Shown one piece after another: positions 27,091 to 36,956 of a DNA stretch of 64,000 bases (the first letter of the stretch is position 1; every line of letters starts with the position of its first letter). The stretch lies in the NCBI GenBank assembly GCA_963638555.1, contig CAVHQU010000001.1:169309-233308 (forward strand), in the 5' to 3' direction. This stretch comes from a bacterium. Its GTDB lineage: Bacteria; Bacillota_I; Bacilli_A; RFN20; CAG-826. The notes beneath the pieces are model-generated. The model did no database searches. It had not been told where the DNA came from and saw nothing but the letters and a program-made list of their open reading frames with translations. The position numbers and the translations under genes were made by a program.

Positions 27091-30012
27091 ATGAAATTCA
27101 GAAAATTTAGAGGAGGTGCGGCAATTGGTGTTTGTGTTCTTTCATTGAGCACATTCGCTTCAATTCTTGCCTTTGAGAACTCTGGGCAAGTCGATATTGC
27201 CTTAGGCATCACAGGTGAGAAAAACACCAAACAAAGTGCATACTCTTCATTAGAAGAAATGCATGTCGCTGAAAAGGCAAATGAAATCCAAACGGAAGAA
27301 GAAGGTTCTGTCCTTTTCTACAATGAAAATAATGCTCTTCCATTATCTAATGCAAAGAAAGTTACTTTACTTGGCAGAACGGCTGCCGACAATATCTTCA
27401 AAGGCGGATCAGGCGGATCAACTACCACAGATGAAACTGCCACTTCCCTTTATGAAGCGTTAACTGCTCAAGGATATTCAATCAACGAAACAGTTTATAA
27501 TGCCTTAAAAGAATCACCAATCAAACGTGCTAGAGGCGATATTGGCGAAGTTCCTGCATCCTTCTACACGGATGATATGAAAAACTCTTTCAAAGAATAC
27601 GGTGATGCGGCCATCATCGTCTTGGGGAGATACTCTGGCGAGCAACAAGACTTGTGCGCTGGAGGTGACTCAGGTCAAGATAATGCGGTTGATGCCAATG
27701 GCGATCCTGTGGATTCTTCAGGTATTCGTATGCTCGCTCTTCATGATGAAGAAAGAGACATGATCAAGATGGCGGTTGAATCAAAAGCATTCTCCAAAGT
27801 CGTTGTCTTGCTTAACACTGTTAACCCAATGGAAATTGGTGAACTCAAAGGATTAGGCGTTGATGCATGTTTATGGGTTGGGATTCCTGGCTATACTGGT
27901 TTTGAAGGGGTTGCAAACATCCTTTCAGGAAAGGCAGATCCTTCAGGTCGTTTAGCTGATACATATGCTACTAACTCCTTAAGTGCGCCTGCAATGAGAA
28001 ACTATGGTTCATTTAACTGGGATAACATCACAGCTTCAGGTCAAAATAAGTACTTGGTTTATGCAGAAGATATTTATATTGGTTATAAATATTACGAAAC
28101 ACGTTACAACGATCAAATATTAGGTATCAACAATGCCACTTCAAGCAAAGGTTGCTATGCTTCCTCTTCTTCTTGGGATTATGCAGCCGAAATGGATTAC
28201 ACATTTGGCTATGGTACATCTTATGCTTCATTCACTCAAAAACTTGATTCATTAAAATGGGACAAGGACGCTCATACTGTCACCGCAAAAGTCACAGTTA
28301 AGAATGAAGGTTCAACTTCTTATACTGGCAAATCTAAGAATACTGTCGAATTATACGCTTCCCTTCCTTATGAAAAAGGCCAAGCGGCTAAATCAGCCAT
28401 TCAATTGATTGGCTATGGCAAAACAAAAGAGTTGGCTAAAGGTGAGGAAGATACAGTCACAATCACTGTTGATGATTATCTATTTGCAACATACGACCAA
28501 AACGCAACAAACGGAGCCGACACAACAAAGAAAGGCTGCTACACATTTGATGCAGGTGAATATTTCTTCGCTATTGGTGCTGATGCTCATGACGCATTAA
28601 ACAATGTTCTAGCTAAAAAAGGCAAAACAGGTCTCTTCGATGCAGATGGTAAATCTGTTTCAGGTGACGTCTCAAAGGTTGCAACTGATACTTTGGCTCA
28701 ATTGGATAACGTTACCCATGCAAAATCTCATGAGAATGAAAATGTTGTTGTTTCCAACCAGTTTGATGATATGGACATCAACTATTTCGAAGATAACGCA
28801 GTCACATATCTAACAAGAGATGATTGGAATACCTATCCAGTTCGTTATACAGGTTTATCTGCGACAGATGATATGAAAACTATCATCGATGGTCATACAT
28901 ATTCAAAACCAGCTGACGCACCAGACATCTCCGAATTCAAATATTCTCAAAAATATGATGAGACCATGATGCTAGCTGAACTCGTCAATGAGCCATATGA
29001 TTCCGATAAATGGGATACGTATATTGATCAATTAACGCCTTCTCAACTTGCCGCAATCACTGGCGAAAAGTTTGGCAACACAGGCTTAACTGACTATGGT
29101 TGCCCAGACAACTCTGCAGCCGATGGCCCAGATGGTATTCAAGCAAACACTGGCTTCTCTCATGTATGCGAAAACCTTGCAGCTTCAACATATAATGATG
29201 AATTATTGAAGAAACGTGGTGAATTCATGGCTGAAGACGGCATGTATTCAGGTCAAAACGGTGTTTATGGATTTGGTGCAAACATGCATAGAACCGTATA
29301 TGCCGGAAGAAACTTTGAATACTATTCCGAAGATATGATTCTTTCTTACCTTGCTGGCGCAGCCCAAACAAAAGCGGCCCAAGATAAAGGATTAACAACA
29401 TACGTTAAGCATTTCTGCGCTAACGACCAAGAAGTTTGGAGAAACGGTTCTTCAACAATCATGCGCGAACAAGCATATCGTCAAGGACCACTCAAAGGTT
29501 TTGAAGGCTCCTTCACCAAAGGAGAATCTCTTGGAACGATGACCTCTAACGCCCGTGTTGGCTTTAGAACAGTTTCTATGGACTATGGCACTATGACAAC
29601 TGTTCTTAGAAACGAATGGGGATTTAAAGGAACGGCCATGACCGACTCCTCTAAAGGTTCAACTCATTATCTCTATACAAAGGAATCAGTTGCAGCTGGT
29701 ATCGATCAATTTAACAACGACGAAACCAGAGGAACAACAGACATGAAAAACTATCTCATCAAGGAAAAAGATGGTTATCTTTGGAAGAGGGCAAGGGAGA
29801 TAGCCCATCACTACTTCTACACAATCTCTAGAAACTTCTGTATGTCTGGTTTATCAAAAGACACAGTTGTCGAATCAAAGACATCTTGGTGGAAAACAGC
29901 ATTAATCGCTTTAATAAGCGTTGAAGCAGTTATCACAGTCGGCTTAGCTGGCACAGCTGCCGTTGGGGGAATCCTCTCCTACAGCAAAAAAAGAAAGGAA
30001 GGTAACGAATAA
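27091..30012 (+). CDS. Glycoside hydrolase family 3 protein, domain-permuted, with N-terminal signal and C-terminal TM anchor
   Basis: GH3 catalytic-domain motif 'VKHFCANDQEVWRNG' in the C-terminal half; GH3 alpha/beta sandwich and Fn3-like domains precede it; terminal hydrophobic helix + KKRK. Confidence 0.8.
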   Translation: MKFRKFRGGAAIGVCVLSLSTFASILAFENSGQVDIALGITGEKNTKQSAYSSLEEMHVAEKANEIQTEEEGSVLFYNENNALPLSNAKKVTLLGRTAADNIFKGGSGGSTTTDETATSLYEALTAQGYSINETVYNALKESPIKRARGDIGEVPASFYTDDMKNSFKEYGDAAIIVLGRYSGEQQDLCAGGDSGQDNAVDANGDPVDSSGIRMLALHDEERDMIKMAVESKAFSKVVVLLNTVNPMEIGELKGLGVDACLWVGIPGYTGFEGVANILSGKADPSGRLADTYATNSLSAPAMRNYGSFNWDNITASGQNKYLVYAEDIYIGYKYYETRYNDQILGINNATSSKGCYASSSSWDYAAEMDYTFGYGTSYASFTQKLDSLKWDKDAHTVTAKVTVKNEGSTSYTGKSKNTVELYASLPYEKGQAAKSAIQLIGYGKTKELAKGEEDTVTITVDDYLFATYDQNATNGADTTKKGCYTFDAGEYFFAIGADAHDALNNVLAKKGKTGLFDADGKSVSGDVSKVATDTLAQLDNVTHAKSHENENVVVSNQFDDMDINYFEDNAVTYLTRDDWNTYPVRYTGLSATDDMKTIIDGHTYSKPADAPDISEFKYSQKYDETMMLAELVNEPYDSDKWDTYIDQLTPSQLAAITGEKFGNTGLTDYGCPDNSAADGPDGIQANTGFSHVCENLAASTYNDELLKKRGEFMAEDGMYSGQNGVYGFGANMHRTVYAGRNFEYYSEDMILSYLAGAAQTKAAQDKGLTTYVKHFCANDQEVWRNGSSTIMREQAYRQGPLKGFEGSFTKGESLGTMTSNARVGFRTVSMDYGTMTTVLRNEWGFKGTAMTDSSKGSTHYLYTKESVAAGIDQFNNDETRGTTDMKNYLIKEKDGYLWKRAREIAHHYFYTISRNFCMSGLSKDTVVESKTSWWKTALIALISVEAVITVGLAGTAAVGGILSYSKKRKEGNE

Positions 30013-30449
30013 TGAATAACTACATCAAAGGGACCTTGCTTAGAAAAAGAAATATAGGCGAATGGATTACATTAGGCGTCAGCGTCTATATGTTAATCGT
30101 TGCAATCGTTTATCTTATTCTTGATGGCGGAGCAATGAAAATTCCAGATTACTCTAAAACATTAGCGTTCTGGATGTTGATTGCTGGCTCCATACTTGGA
30201 TTATCAACCGCTTTCTATGACGTTCGTTTCCTCAATTCAAGCATTACCCTAGTCTCGTTCGCCTGTTTCTCCGTTGCGGCTGGAAGACAACTCTATCTTG
30301 CCGGTTATCCAATTGCCGATTTAGCTACTGGAGTCAACTGGTTTGGCGGAAGCCTAGGTATTTACCTTGGCATGTTCATCGCGATGATGATTGGCGTTAT
30401 CGTCGAAATATTCGCATTATTCATGAAACAAAGTAAATTTGAAGACTAA
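30012..30449 (+). CDS. Small 4-TM membrane protein, hypothetical
   Basis: 145 aa, start overlaps GH3 stop (TAATG); hydrophobic. Confidence 0.55.
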   Translation: MNNYIKGTLLRKRNIGEWITLGVSVYMLIVAIVYLILDGGAMKIPDYSKTLAFWMLIAGSILGLSTAFYDVRFLNSSITLVSFACFSVAAGRQLYLAGYPIADLATGVNWFGGSLGIYLGMFIAMMIGVIVEIFALFMKQSKFED

Positions 30450-30628
30450 GTAAAGCATTCAACAATAAGCATCTAGCCTCTTGGTTAGGTGCTTTTTTAT
30501 TTGAATAATTGATACACGCATCCCCTGTTTTTAAAAATAACGTTTCTTTATTTTAACAGTCAGTAAATAATGGCTATAATATTCACATAAATTGGTAATT
30601 TATTATCTAGAAAGATGGAGGAAAACAC

Positions 30629-32404
30629 ATGAACGTCTTCGATAAGAGAGTTGCTCTTCTTCAAGCACACATGAAGAAGGATGGCATTAAAGCATATATT
30701 ATTCCAGCAACAGATCCTCATATGTCTGAGGAATCTCATTCACATTTCACAAGAGAGAGATTCTATTTCTGCTCATTCTTAGGAAATGATGGAACGTTAT
30801 TAGTTACTCAAGATGCTTACTACCTTTACACAGATGGTAGATATTGGGCTCAAGCTGAATGGGAATTAGACGGAAGTGAGTGCAAACTCGTCTATGCTGG
30901 CAGAGCAGGCGTTCCAACTTTAGCCGAATTCGTTAAAGAGAATGATTTATATCCATTAGGCCTAGATTCATCCTTACTTTCTTATGGAGGTTTAAAAGAT
31001 CTTTACAAAGATTCAGAGCATAAGATCAGACAAGTTTCCTATCGCTATATGATTAAAGACTTGCCAGCCTTGCCAAAAGAAAAGATTTGGAAGGTTGATC
31101 AATCTCTTCTCTCCACAACGATGGAAGAAAGAGTTAATGCAGCCATGGATGTCGTTAATAAAGCAGGCGCTAAAGCATTAGTCATCCCAGCCCTTGATGA
31201 TGTTGCCTACATTTTAGGATATCGTGGTAACGATATTCCATGCACGCCCGTCTTCTATTCATATATCTACATCGATGAAACAAGAAAAGTTCACTTATTT
31301 ATCGATAATGAAAAACTTCCTGATGGGGGAATTCCTGAAGTTGAAGTTCATGGCTATGATACGTTCTTTGACTTCCTTAGAGAACATTGTGAAATCAAAA
31401 CATATGTCGATGCACAAAACACAAACGCAAGAATCTGTTCTATTTTGAAGAATAAAGTCTTTGGAAATAACCCTACAATCGCTCAAAAAGCAATCAAAGG
31501 TCCAAAAGAAATTGAAAACACAAAAAAGATTCAAGAAATTGATGGCTTAGCAGTATTGAAGCTCATGAAATATGTTGATGAGAATCTTGGAAAAGAAGAA
31601 CTCACCGAATATGCATGCGCAAAATACATTGACGATGCAAGAAAGAGTGATGATAAATGCTTCGACATTTCCTTTACTACTATTGCCGCTTTAGATGCAA
31701 ATGCAGCCATGATGCATTACCATCCAAGCGAAAACGATTCACCCAAAATCAGTGCTGACAACCAACTTCTTCTTGTTGATTCAGGCGGACAATATTATGG
31801 CGGAACGACTGATACAACAAGAACGTTCATTATCGGTTCCAACGTTTCTGATGAAGTCAAAGTAGACTACACAAAAACACTAAAGTCACAAATCAATTTA
31901 TCTACATGCGTCTTTGAAAAAGGATGCTCAGGTCACGAAATCGATATCATGGCTAGAGAAATCATGTGGAAAGAAGGATTGGATTACAAATGCGGAACAG
32001 GTCACGGTGTTGGCTATATGTCTTGCGTGCATGAAGGTCCAATTGGTTTCAGATATTATCACCGCGAAGGAGTTTACGATGATGCAATTCTTGAACCTGG
32101 ACACATCATTACAATTGAACCTGGTGTCTACAAAGCAAGAAAACATGGCATCCGTTTGGAGAATAATCTTCTTGTTGTTCCTGCATTTGAAACGAATGAT
32201 GGTATCTTCTATAAATTCGAAACAATCACATATGCACCATATGATCCTAGAGGAATCGTTGTCTCAATGTTAACTGATGAAGAACTTGCTTGGGTAAATT
32301 CTTATAATCAAATGGTTTATGAGAAATTATCAGCTCTCATCAAAGATGATTACGATCTCCTTGCATATTTGAAACAAGTAACTTCGCCATTAGTTAGGGC
32401 ATAA
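30629..32404 (+). CDS. pepP: Xaa-Pro aminopeptidase (M24B, aminopeptidase P, three-domain form)
   Basis: 591 aa; C-terminal pita-bread metal ligands (DSGGQYYGGTTDTTRT; HGVGY; EPG; IRLEN). Confidence 0.85.
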   Translation: MNVFDKRVALLQAHMKKDGIKAYIIPATDPHMSEESHSHFTRERFYFCSFLGNDGTLLVTQDAYYLYTDGRYWAQAEWELDGSECKLVYAGRAGVPTLAEFVKENDLYPLGLDSSLLSYGGLKDLYKDSEHKIRQVSYRYMIKDLPALPKEKIWKVDQSLLSTTMEERVNAAMDVVNKAGAKALVIPALDDVAYILGYRGNDIPCTPVFYSYIYIDETRKVHLFIDNEKLPDGGIPEVEVHGYDTFFDFLREHCEIKTYVDAQNTNARICSILKNKVFGNNPTIAQKAIKGPKEIENTKKIQEIDGLAVLKLMKYVDENLGKEELTEYACAKYIDDARKSDDKCFDISFTTIAALDANAAMMHYHPSENDSPKISADNQLLLVDSGGQYYGGTTDTTRTFIIGSNVSDEVKVDYTKTLKSQINLSTCVFEKGCSGHEIDIMAREIMWKEGLDYKCGTGHGVGYMSCVHEGPIGFRYYHREGVYDDAILEPGHIITIEPGVYKARKHGIRLENNLLVVPAFETNDGIFYKFETITYAPYDPRGIVVSMLTDEELAWVNSYNQMVYEKLSALIKDDYDLLAYLKQVTSPLVRA

Positions 32405-32424
32405 TCGATTCAATTCAATATTAA

Positions 32425-32449
32425 GCGTTACATGATGTAACGCTTTTTT
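32425..32449 (+). terminator. Rho-independent terminator (agcgttacat-g-atgtaacgct-TTTTT)
   Basis: 10-bp palindrome + T-run after pepP. Confidence 0.7.
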
Positions 32450-32518
32450 GTTACGTTTGTTTCATTATAATTGAATTTTAACTAAATTTTACATATACTT
32501 TCGTCATGAGAAAAAAAT

Positions 32519-34108
32519 ATGTGCCAAAAATTATCGCACCTTCTTCTATTTATCTCTACAATCGTCTCCGTTTCTAATTTTGGCGTATCAAGAAGTCAAA
32601 AGTCTACTAACGAAAAAACGTTTTTTTCTAGGAAACTTATTCGTTCAACCAAGAAATCAGAAAAGAATGAGGATTCCTATTTTGATTATAAATTTGATGG
32701 AGCAAACGAATACCGGGAATCTAATGGCGATGAATTTGAAAAAGTTGATTGTATAAACGGCTCAAATTCATCAATAAAAATTCAAAATGAACCGGGCCGA
32801 GAAACTGTATTGAAAGCAGTTACTGAGCCAAATAGTGAAAGCACAAAAACGATTTCATATAACGATATCAAAGAGAATAATGATACTTTTTTAACTGCAA
32901 CCAATATGTATTCAGTTGGTTCATATAAGGACGGAATCACAAAAATGTGGTCTTGGCGTTATGCGACCATAAATCAAAAAACGGAGGGACCGCTTTGGTG
33001 GAAGAAAACATACATTGATAAAGATTTTTATTCGTTCGATGTAGCTTGCAGCGGAACGTTAAATATTTCTTTAACTGAGATTCCATCGAATTGTGACTAT
33101 GACATGCGTTTATATAGATTAGAAGATGAAATAAACGCAAACGCCGCTACATTAAATTTTGATAACTATGAAGGGTGCAGCCGAAATTCAAAAGGCCAGG
33201 ATGAATATATCTCATACTCTGTTGTGCCTGGAACATATTATATTTGTGTTTATTCATATAACGATCAAACTTATGATAATGACAATCCGTATAAAATTAC
33301 GTTTGAAGAAATATCTAATTCCGGAACAAGCGAAACTTCTTACTATATAGATGTCGGGAGAGTTGAAAACGACATAGGAGCTATATGGATAAGTGATTAC
33401 TCTCCTTTCGGTTTATCGCCGATGACTTTAACGGACACCCAAGCAAGGAAAAAATTCACAAACTATGATTGTTACCCATATATACAACATTTAGCGAACA
33501 ATTATGAAGATTGTAGCATCAATTTCGCAGTTCTTTACCTCTGGAATTTGCAAGCGCGTGCTTATATATATGCTTGGGCACAAAACATATTGAACTCATT
33601 ATACAATTACAATAATTGGGCAAATGATTCTGTAAGTTCTTTTGGGGTCCATTTAAACGATGCTTCAATGGCAGTAACAGTTGGTGGGACAATCATAAAC
33701 ACAATAAGCGAAGCCACAATCGCAGAAACTGCAAAAGCCGCTTTAAACTCATTAGGCTTTTTATCCAGTCTCGCTGGATCTGTGATATCTCTAATTTCTT
33801 TTGTGAACTCATTTTCTTTGGAGAATGAGTTTCAAATCAGCAGAAAGAATTTGATTCAATATTTGGTTAATATCAAGGCGGCCTTTGAAATAGGAACCGG
33901 CAGTAACGAAGATCAAACGATAATGCTTAAATTCAGATATCACTTCAGTGAAAAACAATATATTGATTGGTCACCAAGGTACGAATTAGGCGAAGCAAAT
34001 ATGCATAATGAAGATTACGTTTCACTTCAAATTCCAGGTAGTGGGATAAAAGGAACGGCACATGGAATACACTCAACAACCGATTTAGAAAAATATTTAA
34101 GGAGTTAA
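32519..34108 (+). CDS. Secreted protein with PPC-like (pre-peptidase C-terminal-type) beta-sandwich domain and C-terminal hydrophobic hairpin; module 1
   Basis: Signal peptide; 'DKDFYSFDV...GTLNISL...CDYDMRLY...PGTYYICVYSYNDQ...NPYKITFEE' fits the PPC pattern D.D.Y.F/D.DL.LY/G.YY.V.Y; ~50-aa Gly/Ala/Ser-rich hydrophobic segment near C-terminus; paralog of 34605..36176. Confidence 0.7.
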   Translation: MCQKLSHLLLFISTIVSVSNFGVSRSQKSTNEKTFFSRKLIRSTKKSEKNEDSYFDYKFDGANEYRESNGDEFEKVDCINGSNSSIKIQNEPGRETVLKAVTEPNSESTKTISYNDIKENNDTFLTATNMYSVGSYKDGITKMWSWRYATINQKTEGPLWWKKTYIDKDFYSFDVACSGTLNISLTEIPSNCDYDMRLYRLEDEINANAATLNFDNYEGCSRNSKGQDEYISYSVVPGTYYICVYSYNDQTYDNDNPYKITFEEISNSGTSETSYYIDVGRVENDIGAIWISDYSPFGLSPMTLTDTQARKKFTNYDCYPYIQHLANNYEDCSINFAVLYLWNLQARAYIYAWAQNILNSLYNYNNWANDSVSSFGVHLNDASMAVTVGGTIINTISEATIAETAKAALNSLGFLSSLAGSVISLISFVNSFSLENEFQISRKNLIQYLVNIKAAFEIGTGSNEDQTIMLKFRYHFSEKQYIDWSPRYELGEANMHNEDYVSLQIPGSGIKGTAHGIHSTTDLEKYLRS

Positions 34109-34110
34109 TC

Positions 34111-34608
34111 ATGATAGAAAAAAATTACATAATCAGCAAATCTCAGCATTTTAAATGGAAATTCAGAAGTGCTTGGCCATTTTATTTAGTGATGGTTTCA
34201 TCCTTTTTGGCAGCATTTTCTTCTTTTGTTGCTATCGGCTGTAAAATCAATTTAAATCAAATGGACAATTCTTATTTCTTTTTATACATAATCTTCTTAG
34301 TTTGTCTTCCTTTAGGACTATTAACGTTACGTTTAATCATTAATTTTTCAAATAAAATTCTTTTCGAAGATGTCAAAGTAGAAATAGACCCATTCACCAA
34401 AACAATAACCGTCACTAGTAAGGATGACAGGGGCAATGTACTAACGACCATAAATAAAATTGCATATAAAAAGGAAAAGAAAAAATATTTCATATTGGGC
34501 AGAGAATGGGGGCGTTTCTTTTACGTCCCGAAAGCCGGAATGAAGAAAGACGACATTAAAACAATCAGAGCAATAAAACCATTGAAAGTTGAGAAATATC
34601 ATCAATGA
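34111..34608 (+). CDS. Small 2-TM membrane protein with cytoplasmic beta-rich (bacterial PH-like?) domain; module 1 partner
   Basis: 'KWKFRSAWPFYLVMVSS...' two TM helices then ~90 aa soluble domain; paralog of 36179..36661; overlaps next gene (ATGA). Confidence 0.65.
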   Translation: MIEKNYIISKSQHFKWKFRSAWPFYLVMVSSFLAAFSSFVAIGCKINLNQMDNSYFFLYIIFLVCLPLGLLTLRLIINFSNKILFEDVKVEIDPFTKTITVTSKDDRGNVLTTINKIAYKKEKKKYFILGREWGRFFYVPKAGMKKDDIKTIRAIKPLKVEKYHQ

Positions 34609-36176
34609 GAAATCACAAAATCACAAAAAACATATCTTTAGCTTTTTTATTCATTTTATCATCATTGACGCCCTCAGCAAGAAGTCAAAACCTATCATTC
34701 TTTAGTGGGCAAAAAATAAGCAAAAGATTAGAACTCCAAGCATCTAAAAAGGATGATTCAAATTTTGATTATGAATTTGATACTTCTTCCTCTTTCTCAA
34801 ACAATGGGTCCGACGAATTCGAATCTATGGGATTAAACGATGGAAAACGGTCAGGAGAAAAAATAGAAAATAATAACGGGGAAATTTATGTCACAAAAAA
34901 TGAAAACAATGTTACTAAAAGTGATATTTCTACAGCAACTTATAACGATAGCTGCGAAAACAATGACTCTTTTTTAACCGCTTCAAGTGCTTATGCCGTT
35001 GGCACGAACGATGGTGGAATATATAAACATTGGGTTTGGTGCTATGCAACAATTAGTCAAAAAACTGAAGGCATGCTTTGGTGGAAACAGACCTATATAG
35101 ACAAGGATTTCTATTCTTTTGATGTAGTTTCGGTTGGAACTTTAAAGGTTACTTTAAGTGATATTCCTACTAATTGTGATTATGATCTACGTTTATATAA
35201 AATTGAAGACAAATTAGAATGCTCATATGCCAGTTGTAACTTTGATGATCCGATTGCCTCAAGTGCAAATGCATCGAATACGGATGAGAATGTTTCGATT
35301 TCGGTTAAACCTGGAACATATTACGCTTGTGTCTATTCTTACAAAGACCAAACTTTTGATAACAACAACCCATATAAATTGACATTTGAAGAGGATGTAG
35401 ATGACACAAGGTATGGTTCATATTATTCTATAAATAATGGAAGAAATGATGGAGATTTAGGTGCAGTATGGCGCAGCGACTACAAACCGTTAGGAATTAC
35501 TCCAGTAAACATATCAGAAGAAAACGCCCAAGTAGGTCTTGCAAATTCATCCACTTATCCGTACATAAAGCATTTGATTGATAAATATTCTTCTGACGAA
35601 AAAATTACATACGCCATAGTTTATGTATGGGATGTTGAACTAAGAGCGTTGATACGATCTGCATTACAATTGATATTAGAAGAAATCTACGAAAGAGAGG
35701 AAACATATTTCAATGCATTTAATATAAGTTGGAATGCGGCAAATTTATTTATTTCAATAGGCGGCCTTATTGTAAGCACTATATCTTTGGCTAATATAGC
35801 AACATCGGCTTTATTAACTGGTGCAATAACCGCAACTTCACTTTCGATGGGTTTTATTTCAACAATTTTATCATTTGCTATAGGTTATCAATTCCAAATA
35901 GAAAGACAAGAATTGATAAATTATTTAATAAATGCAATAAGCGCCTTTGAAGTTGGAAAAGGAAGCAATAATAAAGAAGTCGTAATGTTAAAGTTCAAAT
36001 ATAGGTTCATTAAAAAAGAACGTTGGTATTTAGATTGGACTCCATCTTATGATGTAGATGGTCAAAATAGATATAACGAAGATCAAATTACTCATCAATT
36101 GAAAGGAAGTCCAATAAACGGAAGGATAATAGGTTTTCAAGACGAACACACTCTATACAACTTATTAGGATTTTAG
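34605..36176 (+). CDS. Secreted PPC-like-domain protein with C-terminal hydrophobic hairpin; module 2
   Basis: ~40% identical over full length to 32519..34108 (…WWKQTYIDKDFYSFDV…NCDYDLRLY…PGTYYACVYSYKDQTFDNNNPYKLTFEE…). Confidence 0.7.
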   Translation: MRNHKITKNISLAFLFILSSLTPSARSQNLSFFSGQKISKRLELQASKKDDSNFDYEFDTSSSFSNNGSDEFESMGLNDGKRSGEKIENNNGEIYVTKNENNVTKSDISTATYNDSCENNDSFLTASSAYAVGTNDGGIYKHWVWCYATISQKTEGMLWWKQTYIDKDFYSFDVVSVGTLKVTLSDIPTNCDYDLRLYKIEDKLECSYASCNFDDPIASSANASNTDENVSISVKPGTYYACVYSYKDQTFDNNNPYKLTFEEDVDDTRYGSYYSINNGRNDGDLGAVWRSDYKPLGITPVNISEENAQVGLANSSTYPYIKHLIDKYSSDEKITYAIVYVWDVELRALIRSALQLILEEIYEREETYFNAFNISWNAANLFISIGGLIVSTISLANIATSALLTGAITATSLSMGFISTILSFAIGYQFQIERQELINYLINAISAFEVGKGSNNKEVVMLKFKYRFIKKERWYLDWTPSYDVDGQNRYNEDQITHQLKGSPINGRIIGFQDEHTLYNLLGF

Positions 36177-36178
36177 CT

Positions 36179-36661
36179 ATGGAAAATTTAGTAATGGTTT
36201 TAAATGTTAGTGGTTTAAGGAAATGGAAATTTCAATCAGGATGGGGCTACCTAATACCAGCAATTATAGTCATCCCATTTTCAATTTTTATTGCCGTTGA
36301 ACTCATTTTAAGCGTAAATGGTAATATCGAAAGACTTCAAACTGCAAACATATATACATATTGGTACTTCATATCATTATTGTTATTACCATCGTCAATA
36401 ATGCCATATAAGCATTACTCCAAGGAAATGTATGGTAAACAGTTAAAATTGAAAGTTTCATTCGACGAAAAAGTTGTAACCGGGACATTCATGGCAAAAA
36501 ATGGAGATACTCGTTCTAACAAAATAGAAATTGAATATGTAAAAGAATATGTCAAATATTTTAAGATTGGAAGAAGTTTCTACAACTTCTATTTCCTTCC
36601 AAAAAGCAAATTATCTAAAGAGCAATTAGAAGCAATTAGAAGCTTAAAAAAGCCTAATTAG
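36179..36661 (+). CDS. Small 2-TM membrane protein; module 2 partner
   Basis: 'RKWKFQSGWGYLIPAIIV...' same architecture as 34111..34608 incl. C-terminal 'YFKIGRSFYNFYFLPK' vs 'YFILGREWGRFFYVPK'. Confidence 0.65.
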   Translation: MENLVMVLNVSGLRKWKFQSGWGYLIPAIIVIPFSIFIAVELILSVNGNIERLQTANIYTYWYFISLLLLPSSIMPYKHYSKEMYGKQLKLKVSFDEKVVTGTFMAKNGDTRSNKIEIEYVKEYVKYFKIGRSFYNFYFLPKSKLSKEQLEAIRSLKKPN

Positions 36662-36956
36662 AAATACACGCCTCCGCTATTTTTAAAATCTTTAACAGTT
36701 TTTTCTAATATAAATTCGTTTTCGGTTTGAGTAAGAATTTTGCATTTATTACCATTTCTATACTCACCATCAGAATCGGCTAAATTAAGAGTTTTCATTC
36801 CTTTTAATTCAAGTTCATATGTGTTGACATAACCGCCACTCTCATATTTGCTAGCTCATAAGTTGGTTGTCAATTATTTCATTTGAACCATGATAAACTA
36901 TCATGATTGTATTTTACTACAATATTTTTTACTTATATTCTTGTATTTGAATACAA

